A stretch of 43,992 nt of DNA from Coleofasciculus chthonoplastes F2-STO-03 (GCA_040222015.1 JAVJWO010000026.1:1-43992); one strand, 5' to 3'; shown: positions 9,771 through 20,904, numbered from the stretch's first letter. Made by a program: numbers and translations. Notes: generated from the letters alone by a model not told the origin.

Positions 9771-10174
9771 TGCACAATCACCTCTTGAATGGGTTCATAC
9801 ACCAACAACCTGATTTGTGCTTCTTGAATAGTTTGTTGGGCAAAGGGGCGACGAAAAAACTAGTCATAGATGAACAACGGTATAGCTAGATAAAGCTGGC
9901 GTTCTGGATGTTGTGAGCGCAGCGCAATTTGGTAGCTAAAGCATTGTCCGACGGCTAGATGAAATTCGTAAATTGTGGACGGTGCTAAAAAGCTTTTCAC
10001 CTCAACCGCAATTTTTTCAGAACTTCGCTCCGCTGCTAGCAGACGTTCACCCCCTAAATAAATCTGGATACGAGCATTATCAAAGTCTAAGGATAGTGGA
10101 TCGTGGGTAATCGTCCATCCGTCCTTAATCAATCCAGTCTTGACAGCTTGGTGAAATCAATCCTTGGCAGACAT
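9758..10174 (-). pseudogene. xisH: XisH-family gene with two in-frame stops
   Basis: MSAKD*FHQAVKTGLIKDGWTITHDPL...IAVEVKSF...IYD*FFRRPF...EVIVQWIS; overlaps the xisI start. Confidence 0.88.
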
Positions 10175-10236
10175 AGAACGATGATAGACGCTCAACACAT
10201 TGTATCCTTTTTATTGTGCGATCGCGTCCATCCGTA

Positions 10237-10426
10237 AATAGTCCTCAAACCTTCACGAATGACTAAGGACAAAGGACAAATGACAAATGACGATTTATAA
10301 TGTCACCAATCCCATCGTACCGCCGTATTCATCGACGATGATGGCAATATGAAAACGCTGTCGTAACATACAGCGCTACTAACACCGTCAAAAGTCTCCT
10401 CTGCGGGGGTGCAGGGTTCATGTCAT
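10237..10426. other. Mosaic scar of partial copies of flanking loci
   Basis: 10237-10291 resembles 11184-11231; 10298-10370 = 11313-11385 (70/73); 10394-10426 = 5144-5176 (31/33). Confidence 0.9.
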
Positions 10427-10436
10427 GGAATAGAGT

Positions 10437-10703
10437 ATGCAAATCACCATTGAAATTCCTGATGAAATTGCCCAACGACTCGACCAAACAAGGGGGAGTC
10501 TCTCCCGTCGTCTGCTAGAAGTTATTATTGCTGATGCTTACCACTGTGGCAAAATAAACACGGCTGAAGTGCGTCAAATACTCCAGTTACCATCTCGTCT
10601 TGAAACTCATGCCTTTTTGAAGCGGATGAGAGTTTATCTGAACTATGACGAATCTGAATTACAACAGGATCTTAAAACTCTTAAGGAGTTCAGATCTACA
10701 TGA
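10437..10703 (+). CDS. UPF0175-family putative antitoxin
   Basis: MQITIEIPDEIA...SRLETHAFLK...LNYDESELQQDL; ATGA overlap with the PIN gene. Confidence 0.85.
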   Translation: MQITIEIPDEIAQRLDQTRGSLSRRLLEVIIADAYHCGKINTAEVRQILQLPSRLETHAFLKRMRVYLNYDESELQQDLKTLKEFRST

Positions 10704-11170
10704 TTGTTATCTCTGACACTTCTCCAATTTGTTATTTGTTGCTAATTAACCAAATTGAAATATTACCAGTCTTGTACAATGTTGTGACTATTCCTCAGAC
10801 TGTTGCGGATGAACTGAGTGTGTCTGAGTCACCTCCTGTAGTGAAACGTTGGATAGCTCATCCTCCCAGCTGGCTTCAGATCCGGCTACTCAGCACTTCT
10901 CAAGGTATTGAACTGGACAAACTTGATCCGGGTGAACGAGAGGCAATTTTACTAGCAGAAGAACTTAAAGCTAATCTGGTTATTTTGGATGATAAAGCAG
11001 CAAGACGAATTGCGTTGGAACGCGGATTAATAATTATTGGACTTTTGGGTATTTTGAAAGACGCGGCTAGAGCTGGTTTACTAGATTTAGAGATAACTTT
11101 TGAACAGTTGCGAGAAGTTGGCTTTTGGGTTGCACCAAGTTTGTTGGAACAATTGCTGAAAGATAATTAA
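10700..11170 (+). CDS. DUF3368-type PIN-domain putative toxin
   Basis: VISDTSP, LDPGEREAI and ILDDKAAR acidic PIN motifs; C-terminal GFWV. Confidence 0.9.
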   Translation: MIVISDTSPICYLLLINQIEILPVLYNVVTIPQTVADELSVSESPPVVKRWIAHPPSWLQIRLLSTSQGIELDKLDPGEREAILLAEELKANLVILDDKAARRIALERGLIIIGLLGILKDAARAGLLDLEITFEQLREVGFWVAPSLLEQLLKDN

Positions 11171-11234
11171 TTTAAATTCTGTCAATAGTCCTCAAATCTT
11201 TACGAATGACCAAGGACAAATGACAAATGACAAA

Positions 11235-12365
<1,131 letters not shown>

Positions 12366-12620
12366 TTAGGAAAAATCGGGACGGAGGAATGGGACAAGGT
12401 AGAAGGCAGAGAGTTTTAGTCCTGGAACAGTTTGACATACCCAAATTGATTGATGCGTATTCGCGATCGCTAAATAGTCGGACAAAAGAAAACAGCACGC
12501 CCACTCTGTTGTGTAAACAAGTGTGTAAACAAGCCTCAAACCCTTACAAATGACAAATGACGATCAAGAGTAGAACGTGACGTGATCCCTGTCCTACTCC
12601 TGCTGTCAAAGGATTGACAC

Positions 12621-12761
12621 TTAACCCACATTGTAAGCCGTCTGTAATGCCCACCACAGTAAGAACGCAATACCCCCCAGAACTAACACCGTCGAAATCA
12701 CGATCGCCAGAGGACTATCTGCTCCCTTAAACTTCATGATGCCACGATTTAGGTCTGACAT
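12621..12761 (-). CDS. ndhQ: NDH-1 small subunit NdhQ (46 aa)
   Basis: Manual translation MSDLNRGIMKFKGADSPLAIVISTVLVLGGIAFLLWWALQTAYNVG; NRGIMKF.GADSP...WWAL.TAY matches NdhQ. Confidence 0.85.
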   Translation of the reverse strand: MSDLNRGIMKFKGADSPLAIVISTVLVLGGIAFLLWWALQTAYNVG

Positions 12762-13032
12762 AGCCTGCTACACACTCCTATTCTGATTGAAGGGATTTCC
12801 CAACTTGAATATATCCTGCCTTGACGGTTTTGATCACAAAATTCCATTTAGGGGTTGCTGCAGGGAGTGTTGTGGTGAGGCGAGGGAACAGGCAACAGGC
12901 AACAGGCAACAGATTTAACTTCCTGGCGAAGGAAGAATCTACAATTGCAACGGGCTTCTGGCACACTCAGGCTACATTAGGGTCAATACTGGTCATTGTT
13001 AATCATGGGCGATCAGAAAAGGAGAGGATTGG

Positions 13033-13989
13033 GTGAAAGCGTTATTAATCATTCTCGGAGTCTTGCTGGGATTGGTGGTGATAGTGGAAGTCGGCTTGCG
13101 TTTACTCTTTGGCTTGGGGAAACCACCCATTTATATCGCCGATGAGCAAATTGGCTATTTATTAGCCCCCAACCAAAAGACGACTCGCATGGGTAATCGG
13201 ATTGCCATTAACGCCTATTCCATGCGGAGTGATGCGATGACACCAGAGCGATCGCCCTCTACGCTGCGGGTTTTACTACTCGGTGATTCTATCGTGAATG
13301 GCGGCTGGTGGACCGACCAAGACGAAACCCTTTCAGCGCAGCTTGCCACTCAATTGACACCGTTCAAGTCCCAGAATGCGTTTGAGCAAATCGAAGTTCT
13401 CAACGCCTCCGCCAACTCCTGGGGACCTCGGAATGAATTGGCATATCTGCAAAAGTTTGGCACGTTCAACGCTCAAGCTGTCGTCTTGGTAATTAATACC
13501 GATGACCTCTTTGCCACCGCCCCCACCTCGATCCCCGTGGGACGCGATCGCAATTACCCCAGTCATCGACCCCCGTTAGCCCTGATTGAGGCAATGAACC
13601 GTTTTTTGCCCTACGAATCTCCCCCCGAAATGGCGGCTGTCCGGGCGGAAAAAGGCGATCGCGTGGGGTTTAACTTAGATGCCATTGGTCACGCTTACAG
13701 GCTCTCTCAGGAGGCAGGGGCGGAGTTTCTGCTAGTCATGACCCCCCTATTACGGGAAATTGGCGAACCCGGACCCCGTGATTATGAAATCAAAGCCCGA
13801 AATCGCCTGAAAGGGTTTACCGAAGACCAGCAAATTCCCTATATCGACGGTTTACCCCTGTTCAACAACGCGCCAACCCCAGAAACCTGGTATCGGGATC
13901 ACATCCACTTAAGTCCCCAGGGTAATCAGCAGGTAAGTGAAGTCATTGCGCGATCGCTTGAGCGTCATTTGTCATTGATAAGTAGGTAG
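13033..13989 (+). CDS. SGNH/GDSL hydrolase family protein with an N-terminal anchor
   Basis: LLGDSI, NASANSWG, INTDD and DHIHL blocks; GTG start after GGAGAGG. Confidence 0.9.
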   Translation: MKALLIILGVLLGLVVIVEVGLRLLFGLGKPPIYIADEQIGYLLAPNQKTTRMGNRIAINAYSMRSDAMTPERSPSTLRVLLLGDSIVNGGWWTDQDETLSAQLATQLTPFKSQNAFEQIEVLNASANSWGPRNELAYLQKFGTFNAQAVVLVINTDDLFATAPTSIPVGRDRNYPSHRPPLALIEAMNRFLPYESPPEMAAVRAEKGDRVGFNLDAIGHAYRLSQEAGAEFLLVMTPLLREIGEPGPRDYEIKARNRLKGFTEDQQIPYIDGLPLFNNAPTPETWYRDHIHLSPQGNQQVSEVIARSLERHLSLISR

Positions 13990-14108
13990 GGGCAATAAAA
14001 GTTAACGGCTGAGATCGTCATTCGTCATTCGTCATTTGTCATTTGTAAGGGTTTGAATAACATTCACCGAACTCAACATAGTTCGGTTTATTTCCACCGA
14101 CCTACTTA
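13979..14108. mobile_element. MITE with ~21-bp imperfect TIRs, TA ends and internal STRR
   Basis: Left TAAGTAGGTAGGGGCAATAAA versus reverse-complemented right end TAAGTAGGTCGGTGGAAATAAA. Confidence 0.7.
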
Positions 14109-14156
14109 CAAACCACAGCCTGATTCAGACAAATTGCCGTAACCCTTGTTATACCG

Positions 14157-14187
14157 TAGGGTGGGTTGAGCGAAGTCGAAACCCACC
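14157..14187. repeat. GTAG-type REP palindrome
   Basis: GGTGGGTT...AACCCACC; relatives at 18419-18489, 15594-15614 and 27855-27875. Confidence 0.7.
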
Positions 14188-14211
14188 AGCCTTAATTCAC
14201 TACCATTCCCA

Positions 14212-15315
14212 TTAAGAAACAGCAATCATGGGAGACTTGAATTCATGAGGCTCTCGGTCTAAATGATGCCAAACTTGACCATCCAGAGCCATCTGCTCAA
14301 CCAAACTGGCTAAACGGAGGGCTTTCAGCGCCTGTTCACCGCCGACAGAGGGTTGATTTCCGCCACGCACACAGTTGACAAAATGTTCTAACTCGGCGTA
14401 AAGCGGTTCGATATTACTGGTGTAAACCTTTTCAATTAACCCATCCTGGCGATAGAGAACCTGACCATAATCCGTCTGGCAATTCGCCGTTGTCTGCCGA
14501 TGAATCAGAATTTCATTATTGAGAAAATCGGCTTCTGTGAGGGAATTTTTACAATGGGCAGCAATGCGACGGATTTTACGATGGGTCACTTTACTTGAAG
14601 TAAGTGTTGCCACAATGCCATTGGCAAAGACTAAATTAGCCGTGACATAATCTAAATACCCCGACTCCGAGGCATGGCTACCACTAGCCGTCAATTGGAT
14701 AACGGGCGCATCCGCTAATTCCATCAGCAGGTCAATATCGTGGATCATTAAATCCAGAACCACAGATACATCATTGGCTCTGTGGGAATAGGGACTCATG
14801 CGATGCGCCTCTAGTGCCAGCAATTTCTCCGTCTTCAGGACTTTGCTGAGTTCTTGAAAGGCGGGATTAAACCGTTCAATGTGACCCACTTGCAGAATAC
14901 ATTGATACTCAGCAGCGGCGTTGACTAGGGATTCTGCCTCAGCGATACTGGCAGCAATGGGTTTTTCGATTAAGGCATGAACCCCTGATCGCAAACAGGT
15001 CATTCCCACTTCATAATGCAGTCGGGTGGGTACGGCAATACAAACCGCATCCACATAAGGGAGTAAATCCCGATAATCCTCAAAGAAGCGGACACGGTAT
15101 TTACTCGCCGTGTCCAAACCCCGTTCTACGTTAATGTCTGCCACGCCTACCATTTCCACGTCTTTCAAAAGACTCAAAACGCGGGCATGATGCTGTCCCA
15201 TGTTACCAACGCCAATCACGCCAATTCGGATTGGCTGCGGCAGGCTACGTTGGACATGAGTATCCAGATGTCTTTGATACATGCTATCTTGCACTCTTGT
15301 ATGCTCCTCCACCAC
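14212..15315 (-). CDS. Gfo/Idh/MocA-family oxidoreductase
   Basis: GVIGVGNMG, EKP, GHIERFNPA, DLMIHDID. Confidence 0.93.
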   Translation of the reverse strand: MVEEHTRVQDSMYQRHLDTHVQRSLPQPIRIGVIGVGNMGQHHARVLSLLKDVEMVGVADINVERGLDTASKYRVRFFEDYRDLLPYVDAVCIAVPTRLHYEVGMTCLRSGVHALIEKPIAASIAEAESLVNAAAEYQCILQVGHIERFNPAFQELSKVLKTEKLLALEAHRMSPYSHRANDVSVVLDLMIHDIDLLMELADAPVIQLTASGSHASESGYLDYVTANLVFANGIVATLTSSKVTHRKIRRIAAHCKNSLTEADFLNNEILIHRQTTANCQTDYGQVLYRQDGLIEKVYTSNIEPLYAELEHFVNCVRGGNQPSVGGEQALKALRLASLVEQMALDGQVWHHLDREPHEFKSPMIAVS

Positions 15316-15686
15316 GGGAACTAAGTCACTTTACTTATGTTGAGCCGCCTTAAACCATCCAGATAGTACCACAGCACCTTTAAATGTAAAGAATTCCAAA
15401 GATTGCCCCAATTTGCCAGATAACGGAACTCTTTCGGACGGCTATTCTGTTTTCATTGTGGGTTTACGGTTACTTTAGGTGTAGGTAAATGTGTCAGTTT
15501 TTGGGTTGTCCATTTTGGGCTGGGGGAGCTGGGGCGGGTTTTACCATTAACGTTTGTTTTCACCCTAAGATCAATGGCACTGACTGGTATGCTGGTGGGC
15601 ATTGCCCACCCTACGATATATCAAGGGTTTTGACGAATGACAAATGACATAAGACAAATGACATAAGACAAATGACGAGGGTAAAG

Positions 15687-16370
15687 ATGTCGAAAGCTAT
15701 AGTTTTATTGTCGGGTGGATTAGATTCGTCTACAGTCCTCTATCAAGCAAAGGCAGAGGGCTATGAGTGTTATGCCATATCCTTTAATTATCAACAGCGA
15801 CATCGACGGGAACTCGAATCCGCGATCGCAATTGCTAAAGGTGCAGGTGTCAAAGACCATCAGGTGGTACGCTTTGACTTAAGCCAGTGGGGAGGTTCAG
15901 CCTTAACGGATGATACCCTCGATTTGCCCCAGACGCGATCGCTCCAGCAGATGTCCCAGAGTATCCCCATTACCTACGTCCCCGCACGTAATACCATTTT
16001 TCTCAGTTTTGGGCTATCTTACGCAGAAGCGATCGGTGCTACAGCTCTCTATCTGGGTGTTAATGCCTTAGATTATTCCGGTTACCCCGATTGCCGTCCT
16101 GATTATATCCAAGCCATGCAGGAAGTCTTTCGTCTAGGCACAAAACAGGGGCGCGAAGGAGAACCGATTCAAATTATCACCCCGCTAATTCAGCTAAAAA
16201 AAACAGAAATCATCGAGTTAGGCAATAAACTGGGAGTGCCTTGGCACGAAACTTGGTCTTGCTATGCTGGAGATGAGTTAGCTTGTGGTGTCTGTGATTC
16301 TTGTCGCTTACGGCTTGCTGCTTTTGCTGAACTTGGACTCAACGATCCCTTATCTTATGAAAACTTTTGA
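15687..16370 (+). CDS. queC: 7-cyano-7-deazaguanine synthase
   Basis: SGGLDS, TYVPARN, SGYPDCR, TWSCY and CGVCDSC; the upstream ATG at 15672 lies in an STRR. Confidence 0.97.
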   Translation: MSKAIVLLSGGLDSSTVLYQAKAEGYECYAISFNYQQRHRRELESAIAIAKGAGVKDHQVVRFDLSQWGGSALTDDTLDLPQTRSLQQMSQSIPITYVPARNTIFLSFGLSYAEAIGATALYLGVNALDYSGYPDCRPDYIQAMQEVFRLGTKQGREGEPIQIITPLIQLKKTEIIELGNKLGVPWHETWSCYAGDELACGVCDSCRLRLAAFAELGLNDPLSYENF

Positions 16371-16512
16371 CCCTTCACTTTGCTCGAGGGCATGGCGAGT
16401 AATTACCTATGAATAAGGGTTTGTTTTGACCTTCAGTTATTGGTAATAAGCTTACCTAAATGGCTCTCGCCCGCCCCGACAATTAAATTATGAATGTCTT
16501 AGGGGAATTATT

Positions 16513-17877
16513 ATGAAAACTAGGCAGCTTGTGAAAAGACTGGGGGAATTTATCCGACGACTTAATTCCCGTTCCATCTGGGTATTCGTTGCCGTTATCC
16601 AAGTTTTACTATTATTACTGATCTATTTAACGTGGTCTCCCACACATTTAACCTTATTTGTTCCGGCTGACGAAGCCTCAGCTTGGCAGTCGTTAATCAC
16701 GGATTTCCACCAACAATATCCCAAAATCCGGATTAACTTGAGAACGAGAACTAACCTAGCAGGTGACATAACCTATCGGCTGAAGGAAGATTTTGTTAGA
16801 GAGTGTCAAGCGGGAAATTCACTTTATGATTTAGTCTATACAGATATTATCTGGATGCCGGAGTTTGCTGCCAATGGGTGTCTGGTTAATCTATATGAAT
16901 GGACGGCTAAAGATACCCTCATAAACGAAGGATTTTTACCCAGTGCGATTGATGCAGGAGAATATAAGGGTAAGCTCTATCGGATGCCTTTGCGTTCAGA
17001 TATTGGTCTCCTCTACTACCGCAAAAACTTACTGGGGAATACTCAGCCACCTGCCACCTTACAACAATTGACAGCCCTTGCTAAAAGTTGGAAAAATCAA
17101 GGGAACTCTCAAGGCGTTTATTTATGGCAGGGATGGCGGTATGAAGGATTGGTTGCTACCTTTGTCGAAGTATTAGAAAGCTATGGTGGATTCTGGATTA
17201 AGCCGGAAAGTTTAGAGGTGGGATTGGATCAACCTGCGGCTGAACAAGCTGTCCAGTTTTTACTCAATACAATTCGAGATAATATTTCGCCGCCAGAAGT
17301 TATCTTATACAGTGAACAGGAATCATTGGAAACCTTTAACCAAGAGCAAAATACGCTATTCCTGCGGCAGTGGCCCTATGTATGGAACCAATTTACTGAT
17401 CCCGCTAATATCGGTGTACAAGTCTTGAATCTTTCAAGCAATCCAACTAATAATAGTAATAGTTTACGTCCAAGTGCCTGTAATGGGAGTTGGGGCTTAG
17501 GCATAGCGAAGAATTCAAAACATCAAGATAAAGCCTGGAAAGCGATTCAATATTTTACCAGTCAAGCGGCTCAGAAAAGGTTAATTTTGGAGAAAGGATA
17601 TTTACCCAGTCGAGAAGCATTATTTGATGACCCAGAAATTACAGCTAAATATCCCTATTTACCGTCGTTGAAAGAGGCAGTAAAAAATTCAATATTGCGC
17701 CCTACCATTCCTCAGTATGCTCAAGCCTCTTTTATCTTACAGAAATATCTGAGTAAATTAATTACCAGAACCGCCCTTGCTCAACGAGTTGATAATAACG
17801 AGATAACCCGGTTGATGCAGGAAGCCGCCGATGAAACGCGCCAACTGTTAAATTTAGAGAGGTTGACGATTAATTGA
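16513..17877 (+). CDS. Sugar ABC transporter substrate-binding protein
   Basis: N-terminal TM; DIIWMPEFA, GLLYYRK, WQG..YEGL and RP..PQY motifs. Confidence 0.85.
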   Translation: MKTRQLVKRLGEFIRRLNSRSIWVFVAVIQVLLLLLIYLTWSPTHLTLFVPADEASAWQSLITDFHQQYPKIRINLRTRTNLAGDITYRLKEDFVRECQAGNSLYDLVYTDIIWMPEFAANGCLVNLYEWTAKDTLINEGFLPSAIDAGEYKGKLYRMPLRSDIGLLYYRKNLLGNTQPPATLQQLTALAKSWKNQGNSQGVYLWQGWRYEGLVATFVEVLESYGGFWIKPESLEVGLDQPAAEQAVQFLLNTIRDNISPPEVILYSEQESLETFNQEQNTLFLRQWPYVWNQFTDPANIGVQVLNLSSNPTNNSNSLRPSACNGSWGLGIAKNSKHQDKAWKAIQYFTSQAAQKRLILEKGYLPSREALFDDPEITAKYPYLPSLKEAVKNSILRPTIPQYAQASFILQKYLSKLITRTALAQRVDNNEITRLMQEAADETRQLLNLERLTIN

Positions 17878-17961
17878 CCTGAATAATTTAAGAGCGACAT
17901 TCCCCTTATGATCATGCTTGGATATGCTTTAAGCCGGAGTTGAGGTAATCAAGAAAGCACT

Positions 17962-18327
17962 ATGACTCGCAAACGCTTAATTATTGAAATGGGTATGGGG
18001 GTAGACCAACATGGACAGGAACCCACTGTAGCTGCATCTAGGGCTGTGCGGAACGCGATCGCGCACAACGCCTTACCCGGTGTCTGGGAAGTTGCCGGTT
18101 TGAGCGATCCCAATCAAATGATTGTAGAGGTGCAAATCGCCGTACCTTACCCGGAACAAGTGCGACAGGAAGAGGTTCTCGCCGTGTTACCCTTTGGGCA
18201 GAAATCACTCACCGTACAATCCGGGGGAATGGTGGTTCAAGGTCGAGCCATTCCTGAACTCAATGATAAAAATGACGAAATGCTAATTGCTGTTGCCGCC
18301 GTTACCGTTTTCGTGGAAACTGAATAG
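17962..18327 (+). CDS. Lin0512-family protein
   Basis: IIEMGMGVDQHGQ..T.AA.RAV.NAI and LPFG motifs. Confidence 0.9.
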   Translation: MTRKRLIIEMGMGVDQHGQEPTVAASRAVRNAIAHNALPGVWEVAGLSDPNQMIVEVQIAVPYPEQVRQEEVLAVLPFGQKSLTVQSGGMVVQGRAIPELNDKNDEMLIAVAAVTVFVETE

Positions 18328-18599
18328 TTGAGTTAACCCAATCAAAATTAGGGAGTGAATATCTCCACGACTTGCCAACTCAATTTAGAGTCATTCATAA
18401 AGACAATATTAATTCTCTGTAGGGTGGGTTAGGTGGAAGTTTAATCTGGGTAAATAACCCCTTAATTGAGATATCCGCCGTAACCCACCAATAAAAACAA
18501 TTGTGTATTAAAGTTGACTTTATTAATTATCCATGTTATCAATCATCCCTGAGTCTCAGCAGTCCGATCATACCAATTTTACTCTAGAAGTATTCAGCA

Positions 18600-19004
18600 A
18601 TGGAGAATAAAACAATGTCAACAAAACCTATTGAAGCACTGGTCAGAACCTATTTTACCAAAGTGGCAGCGATGAATCCCGACGGTTGGCTGGACGACTT
18701 TGCCGAAGATGCTGTCAGTTATGATCCGGTAGGACAACCTCCCACAAAAATTAATGAAGGATTTCAGGAATTTTTCGCCCAGCTACAGGGAGTATTTAAA
18801 CAACTGGAATCGACAATCGAGCATATTTTTGTAGCGGGTAATGAAGCTGCTGTTAAGTGGACAATGCAGGGAATCAGTAAGAGTAACAAAACTATAACCT
18901 TTGAGGGAATCACTATTTTTGAGGTGAATGAAGCGGGAAAAATCCAAAGCACTCGTGCTTACTGGAATCCCGCTGATATGATAGCCCAACTTAAGGGAGG
19001 ATAA
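18600..19004 (+). CDS. SnoaL/NTF2-like (ketosteroid isomerase-like) protein
   Basis: FAEDAVSYDPVG, EAAVKW, NEAGKIQSTRAYW; start may be 18615. Confidence 0.88.
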   Translation: MENKTMSTKPIEALVRTYFTKVAAMNPDGWLDDFAEDAVSYDPVGQPPTKINEGFQEFFAQLQGVFKQLESTIEHIFVAGNEAAVKWTMQGISKSNKTITFEGITIFEVNEAGKIQSTRAYWNPADMIAQLKGG

Positions 19005-19251
19005 ATTGGAGGAATGGTTACGGCTGTCATGGATATTGTTGGTAATAAGCAACTCTATTGAAAGAACACAAATCAGGAATTTACAAAAACGGCACTGGGA
19101 TAAGTTATTTGGTAATCTAACAACTAATGGAAGTGGTTAAATCTAACAGAGTAAAAAAAAATTACAGCAGTTCAGAAGGTTAACTGCTAAAATCAAAATT
19201 CGTTTCATTCATCGCAAAACCCAGTGGACTCTGACTATTCAGGGATGGATA

Positions 19252-19845
19252 GTGACACTAATTTGTATACTTTCTCTAATGCTATTCACCCTCAACACTA
19301 TCTATCCATTCCTGGCAGTTAACTCCCCCGTGGCGGCTGATGTCATGGTGGTGGAAGGCTGGATACCTGATTACGCCATTAAAGACGCGATCGCACTCTT
19401 TCAACGCGGGTCTTATAATTACCTGATTACCACAGGTTTACCTGTCTCCAAGGGATATTATTTAGCCGAATACAATAATTTTGCCGAACTCACCGCCGCC
19501 ACCTTTATCACCTTGGGGTTTAATCCAGAACAATTAGTGGCTGTTCCCGCCCCCAATGTGATTAAACATCGGACTCAAGCTAGCGCCATCGCCCTACGGG
19601 AATGGTTATCGACATCCGAATTAGAGGTAAAATCGATTAATCTCTATTCGTTAGGACCTCATGCCCGTCGAAGCTGGATTATATTTAAAGCTGTATTAGA
19701 ACCAAAAATCCGAGTTGGTGTGATTGCGGCTGAACCTCAAGAGTATGATCCGCAACAATGGTGGCAATCTAGCGAAGGAGTACGAACCATGATTGGGGAA
19801 GCGATCGCCTATCTCTATGCTCTGTTTGTCGATTGGCAGACTTAA
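19252..19845 (+). CDS. YdcF/DUF218-family protein
   Basis: VVEGWIPDY, ITTG, HARRS and WWQSSEGVR; the frame stays open upstream to ~19150, so the true start is uncertain. Confidence 0.85.
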   Translation: MTLICILSLMLFTLNTIYPFLAVNSPVAADVMVVEGWIPDYAIKDAIALFQRGSYNYLITTGLPVSKGYYLAEYNNFAELTAATFITLGFNPEQLVAVPAPNVIKHRTQASAIALREWLSTSELEVKSINLYSLGPHARRSWIIFKAVLEPKIRVGVIAAEPQEYDPQQWWQSSEGVRTMIGEAIAYLYALFVDWQT

Positions 19846-19959
19846 GTTCTCTTTTGGTCAACACTAACACAAAATTGCCGTCCATTATCTAAAATATTTG
19901 CGATTACACAAAAGGATAGTTACATTGATTTTAATAAATTTATCAATCTAAAGGCAGCT

Positions 19960-20904
19960 ATGCATACCACAACTAATGGAAAAACCATCCTTAGCAATGA
20001 TGCTCATGAAATGGCAACGCACGGTGCAGAGTCTCTTGGCTCAGAGCAGCCGCACGGCGATGTTGTTAAGAAGGTGGCAATTATCGGTTGTGGCTACGTG
20101 GGAACGGCTGTCGCTTACCATTGGCAAAAACAGGGTCACTTTGTCACAGTAACGACTACGCGGGAAGAGCGCGTTGCCGAACTTGAGGAAGTAGCTGATC
20201 AGGTTGTAATTATGCAAGGAAACGACGCCAAAGCTGTTCATTCTCTGGTACAAAACCAGGATATCTGTCTACTAAGTGTTGCTCCAATCAGCACTCGTCA
20301 GGTGGAAGCAGAAGTCTATCGAGAAACATACATTCCTACCGTGAAAAACTTGGTCGCCGCCTTGATGGAAACTCCCACGTTTAAGCAGTTAATTTACCTA
20401 AGTAGCTGCTCAGTATACGGAAACAAGAATGGCGAGTGGGTTGATGAAACGTCTGGGGTAGATACAGATAATGAATATAATCAAGTGCTGTATGAAGCCG
20501 AGCAGATTCTGTTAAATTCAGCCCCTGAAGACTTAAGCGTTTGTATCCTGCGATTGGGCGGAATTTATGGTTCGGGTAGAGAGTTAATCAAACGGTTAAG
20601 CCGTCTGGCTGGGAAAACTCTACCTGGAAGTGGTGAAAGCTTTGCTTGTTGGATTCATTTGGAGGATATTGTGACAGCGGTGGATTTTGCCTATCAAAAT
20701 AAACTCAATGGCATTTATAATCTGGTGAATGATTTACGCTGGACTAGCCGAGAATTGTGCGATTATGTTTGCGATAACCAAGGTTTAGAAAGAGTTATTT
20801 GGGATGCTACCAAACCCAGTTTTCGCGCTCTGAATGCACGGATCAATAATCAGAAGATTAAAGCCGCTGGTTATCAGTTGATTCATCCAGAGACAATTGT
20901 TTGA
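19960..20904 (+). CDS. NAD-dependent epimerase/dehydratase (atypical SDR)
   Basis: IIGCGYVG, YLSSCSVYG, LRLGGIYG, WIHLEDIV. Confidence 0.92.
   Translation: MHTTTNGKTILSNDAHEMATHGAESLGSEQPHGDVVKKVAIIGCGYVGTAVAYHWQKQGHFVTVTTTREERVAELEEVADQVVIMQGNDAKAVHSLVQNQDICLLSVAPISTRQVEAEVYRETYIPTVKNLVAALMETPTFKQLIYLSSCSVYGNKNGEWVDETSGVDTDNEYNQVLYEAEQILLNSAPEDLSVCILRLGGIYGSGRELIKRLSRLAGKTLPGSGESFACWIHLEDIVTAVDFAYQNKLNGIYNLVNDLRWTSRELCDYVCDNQGLERVIWDATKPSFRALNARINNQKIKAAGYQLIHPETIV

Noticed and set aside
10371..10393. ndhQ-derived fragment in the scar (ACTAACACCGTC, also at 12682-12693)
   Set aside because: Only 12 bp identical; it fits the expected order but is too short to exclude chance.
15687..16370. 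queC as part of a Dpd/QatABCD defence system
   Set aside because: Canonical length and motifs, with no defence partners adjacent.
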